Below, in pieces: positions 17,185 to 25,594 of a DNA stretch of 32,000 bases (position 1 is the stretch's first letter; each line of letters opens with the position of its first letter). Made by a program: the position numbers and the translations under genes. Location of the stretch: assembly GCF_044465265.1 (NCBI RefSeq), contig NZ_JBITLP010000003.1:21577-53576 (forward strand). The letters run 5' to 3'. The notes below the pieces were generated by a model, which was given only the letters and a program-made list of their open reading frames with translations, was not told where the DNA came from and did not search any database. Source of the DNA: Actinoplanes sp. NPDC049681. Lineage in GTDB: Bacteria > Actinomycetota > Actinomycetes > Mycobacteriales > Micromonosporaceae.

Positions 17185-18558
17185 GTGTTCGCTGTGCGGG
17201 GGAGGGCCAGCTTGAACGATCAGCAAGGCGCGCTACCACTCATTCTCGAGATCGTGGACAGCCCCGAGGACGATGGCGCCGAGGCCCAAGCAAACTTCCG
17301 CTTCCAGTGTGAGGTCATCGCCAGGTGGTGCTACGGCCTGCTCGACCCCAACGGCCCCACCGCTGTGGTTTGTGAACACCACGAGGACTTCATCGTCATG
17401 TTCGGCGACGGCAGTCTCGACCTCGCCTCCGTCAAGCACCGCGGCCGCAACCGCGGTACCTGGTCAATCGCTGACCTCTGCGGCGAAGGGGGCCTGACCC
17501 ACCTGTTCGACCGCTGGCTCGCCGTCAGCGCCTCCGGCCGGACCATCCGCGTTCTGCACGTCAGCAACGCCGGCCTGACACAAGGCGACGGCCAATCCGC
17601 TGAGCTGTCGAAGCTCTGCGATAGCCCCCAGCGCGATCCCGCTGACCTGCTCGGATGGGCCAAGAAGCTAACCCGGCAGTTCCTCATGGTCGCCCGCCAC
17701 AAACGCACTCCCTCCATACCCCAGCGCGAACCACCAGCACGCGCGGATCTTCTCGATGATTGCGACTCGCTCGTGTCCGCGGTCAGCCGCTTCATCGCCA
17801 TCCTGACGTTCATCGCCGTGCCCCACCGCGACGACATCGCCGCCAGCACCATCGTCGACAAGCTGCTACCCCTGCGCCAAGACCGGGGATGGGGGACCCA
17901 CGAAGGTCAGCGGTACCACGAAGGCGTCGTCGCGCTCGTCGAGAAGACCGCCCGCTCGTTCGGCAAACGCCGCCTCGACCTGGCGCAGCAGCTTATCGAC
18001 CTGGCGATGTGGCCAGCCGCCGCCGAACGCGAAGAACGGCTCGCCAGCCGGTTACTCGATCAGAGCATCCTCGAGACAATCACCATCAACGAGCTCGACG
18101 TCCCTCTCGTCCCGCCAGGAGAAGCCTTGCTACCGGCACCGGGGGGCGCCGACCTGCGCCGCAAGATGAACGACGGCCGACTCCCCGTCACCGCCCACCG
18201 CCTCGCCGAGCGATGGCGCTCCGCCTGGTACACCACCCACCGCTCCCGCCTGCCCGACCTGCCAGGAGACGCCTCCGTCATCTTCCAGATTGAGACCGAA
18301 GTCCTCGAGCAAGTCCTCGACGCCCAAGACGCCGTCACCCGATCCGGCGCCACACCGTACGGGCCGGCGCTCTTTCACCACCTACGCGACAACATCCGCG
18401 TCTCCGCGTTCCGTGACCCACCCCCGCTACGCATGAACGACCAGCACGCACTGGGGGTCGCCTTCGAGCTCAGCGAGCAATGCGAGTTCGACTTCCTGGC
18501 ACCCAACGAAGCCGGACCCGACAACCCAGTAGGAACCACGGAAACCAGCCATGCCTGA
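17185..18558 (+). CDS. lmuA: Lamassu LmuA-like effector: N-terminal Cap4/DUF4297-type PD-(D/E)xK nuclease domain plus ~300-aa C-terminal domain
   Basis: ANFRFQCEVIARW matches the GFxYQ-type opening of DUF4297. VVCEHHEDFIVMFGDGSLDLASVKH (nt 17365-17439) matches the E..eD...(x)n..QvK nuclease core. The likely start is TTG 17212, preceded by GGGGGAGGG, or GTG 17185. The stop overlaps the next gene by 8 nt. Confidence 0.7.
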   Translation: MFAVRGRASLNDQQGALPLILEIVDSPEDDGAEAQANFRFQCEVIARWCYGLLDPNGPTAVVCEHHEDFIVMFGDGSLDLASVKHRGRNRGTWSIADLCGEGGLTHLFDRWLAVSASGRTIRVLHVSNAGLTQGDGQSAELSKLCDSPQRDPADLLGWAKKLTRQFLMVARHKRTPSIPQREPPARADLLDDCDSLVSAVSRFIAILTFIAVPHRDDIAASTIVDKLLPLRQDRGWGTHEGQRYHEGVVALVEKTARSFGKRRLDLAQQLIDLAMWPAAAEREERLASRLLDQSILETITINELDVPLVPPGEALLPAPGGADLRRKMNDGRLPVTAHRLAERWRSAWYTTHRSRLPDLPGDASVIFQIETEVLEQVLDAQDAVTRSGATPYGPALFHHLRDNIRVSAFRDPPPLRMNDQHALGVAFELSEQCEFDFLAPNEAGPDNPVGTTETSHA

Positions 18559-19129
18559 ACGCGACCGCCGCACCCGCGCGCAGCTACGCGCGCGCCGCCA
18601 GCGAGCCGCAGCCCACGCCATCGCCGCAGAAGCAGCCTTCCACCAAGCTCGCGTCCTGCTGCTCGTCGCCGCCTTCTCCGGCCGCACCCGCGGCCTGCGC
18701 GCCCTGGCGCGGCTTTCCCGACTGGACTTCCTGCTCCGCTTCCCGCCCGTACTCGAGTTCATGAACCTCGACGGCCACCCCACCTGGCCAACAACAGCGG
18801 CCACCGTCCCCGCCGAACGCCACGCCACCGACATTGCCTTCGCCAGCTCACGCTACGGGCTCTGGACCGACCGATACACACTCATCATCGGAGCGCTGCT
18901 CAGCAAACAACTCCTCAGGGAAGTCCCCGGCCGCACCCTCGAAGTCATCGCCACACCGGCAGGCCGCACCGCAGCAAGCGAACTGGCCGCCACCACGGAA
19001 TGGGCAAGAACCAAACACCGCGCCGACTTCCTGCATCAGCGACTTGACCTACCCGCCGCCCGTCTCGATCAACTCCTGCGACCGGCCATCGCCCGCATGG
19101 AGACCGCCCTGCTCAAGGTCGGCACATGA
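18551..19129 (+). CDS. lmuC: Lamassu LmuC-like / ABC-3C middle component (small alpha-helical protein)
   Basis: The protein is 192 aa. It overlaps lmuA-like by 8 nt (ATGCCTGA) and lmuB-like by 4 nt (ATGA). The LRALARLSRLDFLLRFP motif resembles the wHTH-like middle components. The assignment rests mainly on position and size. Confidence 0.6.
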   Translation: MPERDRRTRAQLRARRQRAAAHAIAAEAAFHQARVLLLVAAFSGRTRGLRALARLSRLDFLLRFPPVLEFMNLDGHPTWPTTAATVPAERHATDIAFASSRYGLWTDRYTLIIGALLSKQLLREVPGRTLEVIATPAGRTAASELAATTEWARTKHRADFLHQRLDLPAARLDQLLRPAIARMETALLKVGT

Positions 19130-21081
19130 GTAAACGCCTGCGAATCCGATCCATCGAGATCCACACAACCAGCACCAGCCGCCGGTTCACCTTCGACCGG
19201 CCGCTGACCGCCTTGATCGGCCCCGTCGGCTCCGGCAAGTCCAGCCTGCTGATGCTCATCAAACACGCCACCGGCGGGCGCGCAGCTCTTACCCCCGCCG
19301 TACGCCGCCACGTCACCCGCGTAGTCCTCGACATGCAAATCGATGACACCCGCCTCACCCTGGCACGCAACATCCCGGACCCGGGCGGGAACATCGAGCT
19401 CGTCGACCCGACCACCCACGACACGGAAGAGACCCTGCCCGTCCGAAGCCGCGACGGCGCAGAGACCATCTCCGACCGCCTCCTTCACCTGCTCGGCATC
19501 CCTCACGAACGCATCCCCACCCGCCGACGCGGCGCCACCTCCGACACAGTCGCCATCACCTTCCAGAACCTGATGGCGTACCTGTACGTCGAAGCCGTCG
19601 ACATCGACCGCTCCATCGCCGGGCACACCGAGACCTACACCGACCGCGCCCGCCGCGCCCTGTTCGAGTTCATGTTCGGCCTCAACGATGCCGAGCTGGT
19701 AGCCCTACAACGACGCGAAGGGCAGCTCAACACCGACATCACCAACTACAAGGCCGAGGTCGCCGCCGTCGGTGCGTTCCTCGAGCAGACTCAAACACCG
19801 GAACAAGACGGCATCGACGAAGACCGCCGCAACACCCTGGTCCGCCTTACCGAACTCCGGACAGCGCTCGACAACATCACCTCCCAGTCCGCCGCCACCG
19901 GCGCCACAGCCGACACGCTCTACGCCGACATCGACCGCGCCGCTACCGAAGAACGCAACCTGCACCTCGAAGCAGCCCGCCGAGCCGATACCGTTATCGC
20001 TCGCCAAGCAGTGCTCGCCCAGCTCGAACTCGACCACCTACGCGCGCAGCAATCCAACGTGGCCGCTCGTATCCTCGGCACCCTCGAGTTCGCGGTGTGC
20101 CCCCGCTGCCTGCAAGACCTCGACCATCGCCCCATCCCCGAAGACCATTGCCGCGTTTGCCTGCAACCCGACCCGCCGGGCCTGGCCGCCACCGAGGTCG
20201 ACGACGAAACCCGAAACCGACTGCAGATCCAGATCGACGAAACCCGAGCCTTGCTCGCCGCAGACCGAACAGCAGCCGAACGGGCAGCCGACCTTGCCCG
20301 GACCGCCCGACTGCATCTGAGCGCCGTCCGGCAACGCGTCGATGCCATCACCCGCGACCGCGCGGCCCCCTTGCTCAACCAGACCGCCGAACTCAGCGCG
20401 AGACATGCCACCCTTCTCGCCCGCCTCGGCCGCCTCGACGAGATGACCAACGCGCGGGAACGATTCGCCGACCGCGAACGACGACTTCGCACCGCAGAAG
20501 CTGAACGCAAGACTGTCCGAGCCGACATCAAGCAGCGCAAGCAAGCCATGAGTGACGCGCACGCCCGCGTCGGCAAGTTCAATGAAGCCTTCAAACGCGA
20601 AATCACCATGATCGGCGTCCCCGGCGTCCAGGAAGCCTTCGTCAGCACCGACGACTACCTGCCCCGCGTCAACGGATCCGTCTTCCATGAGATGCAGGCT
20701 TCCGGCGGAGGCATCGCCACCGCCGTACACGTCGCCTACAGCCTCGCCCTGATCACCGTGGCGCTCGACGACAACGAGATCCTCGTACCGTCATTCCTCA
20801 TGATCGACTCTCCACAGAACGCCATCGGGCAAAGCCCAAGCGACGTCGAACTCAGTCAGCACATCTACGAACGCCTCATCAACATCACCGACGCTGCAGG
20901 CTCCCGCATCCAGCTGATCATCGCCGACAACAGCCTCCCCGCCCCCTCGAACCGAGCGAACTGGAACAGCATCCACACCATCAGTTTCGGCTACGGAAAC
21001 GACGCCATGATCCCCGGCGTGTGGCACGCCGGGCCGTCAGCGGCCACCAGAAGAGTCGAGGACTCGGCTGACGACGAATAG
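19126..21081 (+). CDS. lmuB: Lamassu LmuB-like Rad50/SMC-type ABC ATPase (DUF3732-like) with long coiled coil and CxxC-x13-CxxC insert
   Basis: Walker A is LIGPVGSGKSSLLMLIKHATGG (19219-19242). A ~350-aa heptad-rich Ala/Arg/Glu/Leu region follows. An ABC signature-like QASGGG is present. Walker B/D-loop is PSFLMIDSPQNAIG (20791-20814), resembling the DUF3732 FLvlDQPSQ motif. IQLIIADNS follows. Confidence 0.75.
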   Translation: MSKRLRIRSIEIHTTSTSRRFTFDRPLTALIGPVGSGKSSLLMLIKHATGGRAALTPAVRRHVTRVVLDMQIDDTRLTLARNIPDPGGNIELVDPTTHDTEETLPVRSRDGAETISDRLLHLLGIPHERIPTRRRGATSDTVAITFQNLMAYLYVEAVDIDRSIAGHTETYTDRARRALFEFMFGLNDAELVALQRREGQLNTDITNYKAEVAAVGAFLEQTQTPEQDGIDEDRRNTLVRLTELRTALDNITSQSAATGATADTLYADIDRAATEERNLHLEAARRADTVIARQAVLAQLELDHLRAQQSNVAARILGTLEFAVCPRCLQDLDHRPIPEDHCRVCLQPDPPGLAATEVDDETRNRLQIQIDETRALLAADRTAAERAADLARTARLHLSAVRQRVDAITRDRAAPLLNQTAELSARHATLLARLGRLDEMTNARERFADRERRLRTAEAERKTVRADIKQRKQAMSDAHARVGKFNEAFKREITMIGVPGVQEAFVSTDDYLPRVNGSVFHEMQASGGGIATAVHVAYSLALITVALDDNEILVPSFLMIDSPQNAIGQSPSDVELSQHIYERLINITDAAGSRIQLIIADNSLPAPSNRANWNSIHTISFGYGNDAMIPGVWHAGPSAATRRVEDSADDE

Positions 21082-21708
21082 CTCACGACCTCTCCAGGGT
21101 TAGGTGCAACCGGTGGGATGTCCGGAGCGCACGCTGGGGAGAAGCTGCCCCTCGACGTTGAGCAGGCGGCAGACCGCGCTATCCCGATTCGTGCTCGTCG
21201 ATCATCAAATGTGGTTTTCGACTGCCATCATGACGTGATGGCCTCTCAGGGAGACGGCCCTTCGCCGAGGCGGCGTAGCTAGGCGTTGACGCTGCAGGTT
21301 GTGACCGTTGCGCTCGGCGTGGTCGTCAGCGCGGCCACCAACATAGGAACCGGCTTACCGTTACCGACTTGGCTGAGAAGGGCCACCGTAAAACTCATTG
21401 CTCGTACCAGCATGTCGCCCCCGGCCGACTCGGGATCGCACCCGATCGTCACATACCGTGACCGCGATGCGCCGTGTTGCGGCGATGGCGTCGAGGTGAA
21501 AGGCCATCTCGATTCCAAATAGCTGCACTCTGCAGAACGGAACCGATCCGGCGCGCCCCCTCGACGCCATATAGCCACGCACCGGCAACTGGGTGGAAAC
21601 CCACAGCGGCGGCGTCCTTCTGTTCCGGCGGCGACGGCGCAACTCCCTATCGCGGGGACAGCGGTAGACAGGGCCGGTCAGCTTCCGGCCTCCTGCACGC
21701 CACGGCAT

Positions 21709-21728
21709 TGTCGAATACGTAATCGACA
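21709..21728. promoter_or_regulatory. Imperfect 20-bp palindrome TGTCGAATACGTAATCGACA upstream of the conjugation operon (candidate operator)
   Basis: The 6-bp arms TGTCGA/TCGACA are perfect and the core ACGT is central. There are 2 mismatches overall. A further TGTCGA half-site lies at about 21866-21871. The site is ~250 nt upstream of the ParA-like gene. Confidence 0.3.
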
Positions 21729-21979
21729 GGCAGCCCCCGTCATGCGATTCGCGTGTGAGAGGGACATGACGGCCGACGGATGTGCGTCCGAAGGGGCGCC
21801 GGTCGTACCGAGAAGTGTGAGCTCATCCGCCTGGAACGGCGTCATGGTGCATGCCCTTTTCTGAGCTGTCGATTGCCGGCCGGACCCCGCTGGCTGATGC
21901 CGAGCTGACCACGGCGGCTGCCCCCATCAGCCGCCGTGGTCGGCCGTGCAGACCGACACGTCCTACGTCCGGGAGATGC

Positions 21980-23005
21980 ATGGTGCTGTCCTTGTCCGCC
22001 CCGGCTGCGCCGGACACCCCGATGAATGCGCCGGGTGTAGCTGCTCGCCATTCGCTGCCTCTGGAACACGGCGGCGAGGGGCCCGACTCGCATGCGGCGG
22101 CGTACGACTTGCGCGGCCGGGAACCCGTGGCGGCGATCTCTGTGCGAGCGCGTCCGGTGCCGCACGAGTTCGGCCCGCCGGACGTCGCGGAACGGGTGTG
22201 GTTGGGCGCCGCCGCCCTGAAACCGGCAGCGGTGGTCGCGGTGTCGTCGGCTGACGGAGGCGTCGGCCGTTCCACGCTGGTCGCCGCGCTCGGCGGCCTC
22301 CTCGCCCTCGCCGTGCCAGGTCCGGTCATCGCCGTGGACATGCACCCGGTGCCATGGGGTGGCCTCGTCGAACGGGTCGGCCGTTCGAGCGCGGGAACGA
22401 TGTGGGACGCCGTCCGCGACCTGCACACCCTGGCCAGCCGCCGTGAGGTCGCGCGGTGGACCCAGCGGAGCCCGTCCGGATTGCTCGCACTGGTCGGCGA
22501 GGCCGAAGGGCAAGGCCGTCGCCCGCCGCGCCACGACGAGGCGGCAGCGGTCGTCGACGCCCTGCGCCGGCTCTATCCGCTGACCGTCTGCGACGTTATG
22601 CCCGCCCTGATCGCCGGGGTGTGGCGCACCCTCGCGGCCGCGCACGCACCGGTGCTGGTCGCTCGGGCCACCACCGACAGCCTGCACCACACGATGCGGC
22701 TGGTCGCCCATCTGCGCGCCGCCGGGTATGGCCGGGTCGCCGACCGCGGCGTGCTCGCGGTCGTGGCGAGCTCACCGGCCACCGACCGCGGCGTGCGCGC
22801 CGTCATTCAGCAGGCCGCCACATCGGTTCCGGCGGTGGTGCCGATTCCCTTCGATCCGCAGCTGGCCCGCCCGGAACCGATCGACGTGCGCCGCCTGCGC
22901 AAGCCGACCCGCCGCGCCTTGGTTCAGCTGGCGGACGCGGTAATCCAGCGATGCGCCGATCCCCGGGCCGAGTTGCCCGTCGGTGCAGGCAAGGAGCGTT
23001 CGTGA
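21980..23005 (+). CDS. ParA/MinD-superfamily protein with degenerate deviant Walker A
   Basis: AVVAVSSADGGVGRSTLVAALGGLLA has the ParA/MinD layout (hhhhh.s.KGGvGKTT). It reads DGGVGRST at nt 22253-22276. ATG 21980 is preceded by GGGAG. The ORF is open from ATG 21851, so the start is uncertain. Confidence 0.7.
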   Translation: MVLSLSAPAAPDTPMNAPGVAARHSLPLEHGGEGPDSHAAAYDLRGREPVAAISVRARPVPHEFGPPDVAERVWLGAAALKPAAVVAVSSADGGVGRSTLVAALGGLLALAVPGPVIAVDMHPVPWGGLVERVGRSSAGTMWDAVRDLHTLASRREVARWTQRSPSGLLALVGEAEGQGRRPPRHDEAAAVVDALRRLYPLTVCDVMPALIAGVWRTLAAAHAPVLVARATTDSLHHTMRLVAHLRAAGYGRVADRGVLAVVASSPATDRGVRAVIQQAATSVPAVVPIPFDPQLARPEPIDVRRLRKPTRRALVQLADAVIQRCADPRAELPVGAGKERS

Positions 23006-23376
23006 TGCTGACAGCTGCGACAGCGTGGCTCGCCGTGCGGCTACCTGCCGCAGTTCAGGAGGTCCTGGCAGCGCCTGCGCCGACTCCGGCGCCGTCGAAC
23101 GGCCCCGGCGGCTTCGACTGGAAGCGCGTGCATCCCGACGGCTCCGCAATTCCGAAGTCCGGCCTCTTCTACACGATCATGAACGCTGTCATGTGGCTCG
23201 GCATCGTGGCCGCGTTCTGCGGCCTGGTCGCCGGGGCTATCGCCTTCGGCGTCGGCCCCATTTTCGGTGCCCACATCGTGTCCGACCGCGGCAAGAGCAT
23301 GATGTGGCGCAACGGCCTCGTGGCGATCATCGTCGGCTCTGCCACCGCCATCATCGCCGGGCTGCTGGTGCTGTGA
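23005..23376 (+). CDS. Small membrane protein with signal peptide and two hydrophobic helices (VirB2/TrbC pilin-like topology)
   Basis: AAGGAG lies 8 nt upstream. The start overlaps the ParA-like stop (GTGATG). The signal-like segment is MLTAATAWLAVRLPAAVQEVLAAPAP. The helices are LFYTIMNAVMWLGIVAAFCGLVAGAIAFGVG and GLVAIIVGSATAIIAGLLVL. The upstream 183 codons of the 22456 ORF are an alternate frame of the ParA-like gene. Confidence 0.65.
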   Translation: MLTAATAWLAVRLPAAVQEVLAAPAPTPAPSNGPGGFDWKRVHPDGSAIPKSGLFYTIMNAVMWLGIVAAFCGLVAGAIAFGVGPIFGAHIVSDRGKSMMWRNGLVAIIVGSATAIIAGLLVL

Positions 23377-25568
23377 CCACGGCCAGGTGCATGACCCGGG
23401 CGGCCCAAGCCGGTACCGATCCCCGCGTTTCCCGCCGGACGGCCATCGCGCGCGGGCTACTCCTTCTTGCGCTGACGGTCCTGATGCTGGTCGGCGGGGC
23501 GGTCCGCGCCCATGCGGCTCCCAGCCCGAGCCCTGCACCGTCGAGCCCGGTCGTCGACGCCGCGTGCGCGGCGAAAGCACCCGGTTCGGTCGTGTGGTGC
23601 ATGCCGTGGGCCGTGCACGTCAACAAACCGACCGAGCAGGGCCGCTCGCACTGGGTCACCCAGTGCAGTAAAGCGACCAGCGACGCCGACAAACAGTCAT
23701 GCGCCGCAGCGTCGATCACCTTGAGCGGCAACCCACGCGACGGGACCGCCTCAGTGCTGATGGACGGCCCCAGCACTGGCGCCGGCCCTACCGGATTGAT
23801 CAATTGTGCCGCGCAGCTCCCTGCCGGCTACAGCCCTGAGTCCCACACGCAGCCGACGGTCGACCTCAAGTACAGCTTTTGCCAGCAGCAGGTTTCAACG
23901 TGGGCCGCGCAGCTGTACGACCCGGACCCGAAACAACCGGACTGCCCGATCACCGACGTCAACTGCAAGGTGCAGCATGGCGCCCAGGAAGCGCTGGCGA
24001 CCGGGGTGCGCACCGGCATTCAAGGGCTCGTGGACGCGGCGGTGCAAGGCGTGGTGTTTCTGCTGTCCAAGCTGGCCAGCTGGGTCTTCACAGTCACCGC
24101 GATCTCGTCGCCGGACGCTGCGTTCTACTCCACCTACAACTCCCTCGCTGGCGTCATGGTAGGGCTGATCTTCATCTTTTTCGTGGTCTCCACGATCATC
24201 AACGGGCTGCGCACCACCGCGGGGCCCAGCCCGGTCGCGTCGCTGGGTGGCCTCGTGCGGGCGGTGGTCGGGGTCACCTTCGCCGGCGGACTGGCCTACT
24301 CCATCGTCGCGGCCTGGGACCAGGCCACCAACGCGGTCATCGAGGCGAACGCGCGTAGCCCGTACGACCCGTCGCTGCTGGTGACCAGCTTCAGCAACCT
24401 CACCGGCGGCGCCGGGACCGTGTTCATCGCCCTGCTGCTGGCCGTGCTGGCGACCATCGGCTTGCTGCTGCTGTTCGTGATCATGCTGTTCCGGGGGCTG
24501 CTGGCTACCGGCGCCGCGCTGTTCGGCGCGGTCGCGATGTCCGGGCAGGCCATGCACGAGACCCGGCACTGGGGGCGCCGCTGGTTCTGGACGGTGAACG
24601 CCCTGGGCAGCAGCAAGTTCTTCATCGCTGAGCTGTGGATCTACGGTTCCCGGTCGGCGTACGGGTCGGACGACCTGATGAACGCGCTACGCGGGGTGCT
24701 GCTGATCTGGCTGATGGTGGTGGCGCCCTGGATCCTGCTGCGGCTGACGACGCTGTGGGACGGATACCTGTCCGACGTCAACGCCCACGGCATCCTGTCG
24801 AGCGCCGGGGGCCCGCTGCAGCTCGGCGCTGATTTCGTCGACGGAGTCCGCGGCGGCGCCGCCGACGCCAGCGGCGGTGGAAGTCCGGCGTCCGGTGCCG
24901 CCGGGGTCATGGACGAGAACGCCGCGAGCGTGCCGACCAGCCCGGTCGAGACAGCTGAAGACGCTGCCGGAGTTGGTGAGGGCACCGGCCGGCAGATGGG
25001 CGACGCCGCGTCGACCGGTGCCGACGGCGGGAAAGTCGGGGAAACCGCCACGGACGCCGGCAGTGAGCAAGGGCAGGACGGGGCCGGTGAGACCCGGAAC
25101 GGCGAGGAAGCCCATGGCATTCAGTCGGGTGCGCACAGCGCGCAGCATGACGTGGCGTCCGGACGGCTCACCGCTCCCGGCGATGCCACCGGCTCTCAAG
25201 GGTCGCTGCCGGTAACCCCAGGCGGGGCGCAGACCGCCGACCCGACTGGTGGCATCACCGGCGATCTCACTGGCGTCGGCACCGGCGGCGCGGGCGACAG
25301 CAGTGCCAGCACTGGTGCGGATCCCAGTGGAGCAGACGCCGCTAGCTCCCCAATGCCTGACGTGGCCGGCACGCCGTCACCTGCTGCGGCAGGCGCCTCC
25401 TCGGCGGGTGAGCCATCAGCGGCCGCACCGGCAGTGGGACCGGAGACCCCACCGCAGAAGAACTCGTCAGCTGACGGCGAGCAGTCCGGCGGTCGCTCGG
25501 GCGCTCAAGCGGGCGGCGGCGAGGGCGCTGCTGCCGTTGCCGCCGAAGTGCCCATCGTGCCGATCTAG
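23373..25568 (+). CDS. TrbL/VirB6-like polytopic conjugation membrane protein with Cys-rich N-terminal ectodomain and long disordered C-terminal tail
   Basis: GTG 23373 overlaps the previous stop (GTGA); ATG 23391 is an alternative start. The signal sequence is RRTAIARGLLLLALTVLMLVGGAVRAHA. A ~190-aa region with 8 Cys follows, then at least 6 hydrophobic helices. The last ~260 aa are Gly/Ala/Ser/Asp/Pro-rich. The function is assigned by topology and position, not by motif. Confidence 0.55.
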   Translation: MTTARCMTRAAQAGTDPRVSRRTAIARGLLLLALTVLMLVGGAVRAHAAPSPSPAPSSPVVDAACAAKAPGSVVWCMPWAVHVNKPTEQGRSHWVTQCSKATSDADKQSCAAASITLSGNPRDGTASVLMDGPSTGAGPTGLINCAAQLPAGYSPESHTQPTVDLKYSFCQQQVSTWAAQLYDPDPKQPDCPITDVNCKVQHGAQEALATGVRTGIQGLVDAAVQGVVFLLSKLASWVFTVTAISSPDAAFYSTYNSLAGVMVGLIFIFFVVSTIINGLRTTAGPSPVASLGGLVRAVVGVTFAGGLAYSIVAAWDQATNAVIEANARSPYDPSLLVTSFSNLTGGAGTVFIALLLAVLATIGLLLLFVIMLFRGLLATGAALFGAVAMSGQAMHETRHWGRRWFWTVNALGSSKFFIAELWIYGSRSAYGSDDLMNALRGVLLIWLMVVAPWILLRLTTLWDGYLSDVNAHGILSSAGGPLQLGADFVDGVRGGAADASGGGSPASGAAGVMDENAASVPTSPVETAEDAAGVGEGTGRQMGDAASTGADGGKVGETATDAGSEQGQDGAGETRNGEEAHGIQSGAHSAQHDVASGRLTAPGDATGSQGSLPVTPGGAQTADPTGGITGDLTGVGTGGAGDSSASTGADPSGADAASSPMPDVAGTPSPAAAGASSAGEPSAAAPAVGPETPPQKNSSADGEQSGGRSGAQAGGGEGAAAVAAEVPIVPI

Positions 25569-25594
25569 ACCAATCGTGACGGAGAGAAGAACCG

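Noticed and set aside
17185-21081. Alternative readings of the ATPase operon: an SbcCD/Rad50-Mre11 repair locus, or a Septu, Gabija or Wadjet system.
   Set aside because: There is no Mre11/SbcD phosphoesterase, HNH, TOPRIM/OLD or JetABCD-type partner. The nuclease-small protein-ATPase triad with DUF4297-like and DUF3732-like motifs fits Lamassu/ABC-3C better.
22456-23004. The 5' two-thirds of the 306-aa ORF 22456-23376, and likewise the first ~130 codons of the 861-aa ORF 22983-25568.
   Set aside because: These parts are alternate-frame read-through of the ParA-like and pilin-like genes, with Arg/Pro-rich translations. The real genes start at the SD-preceded ATG 23005 and at GTG 23373/ATG 23391.
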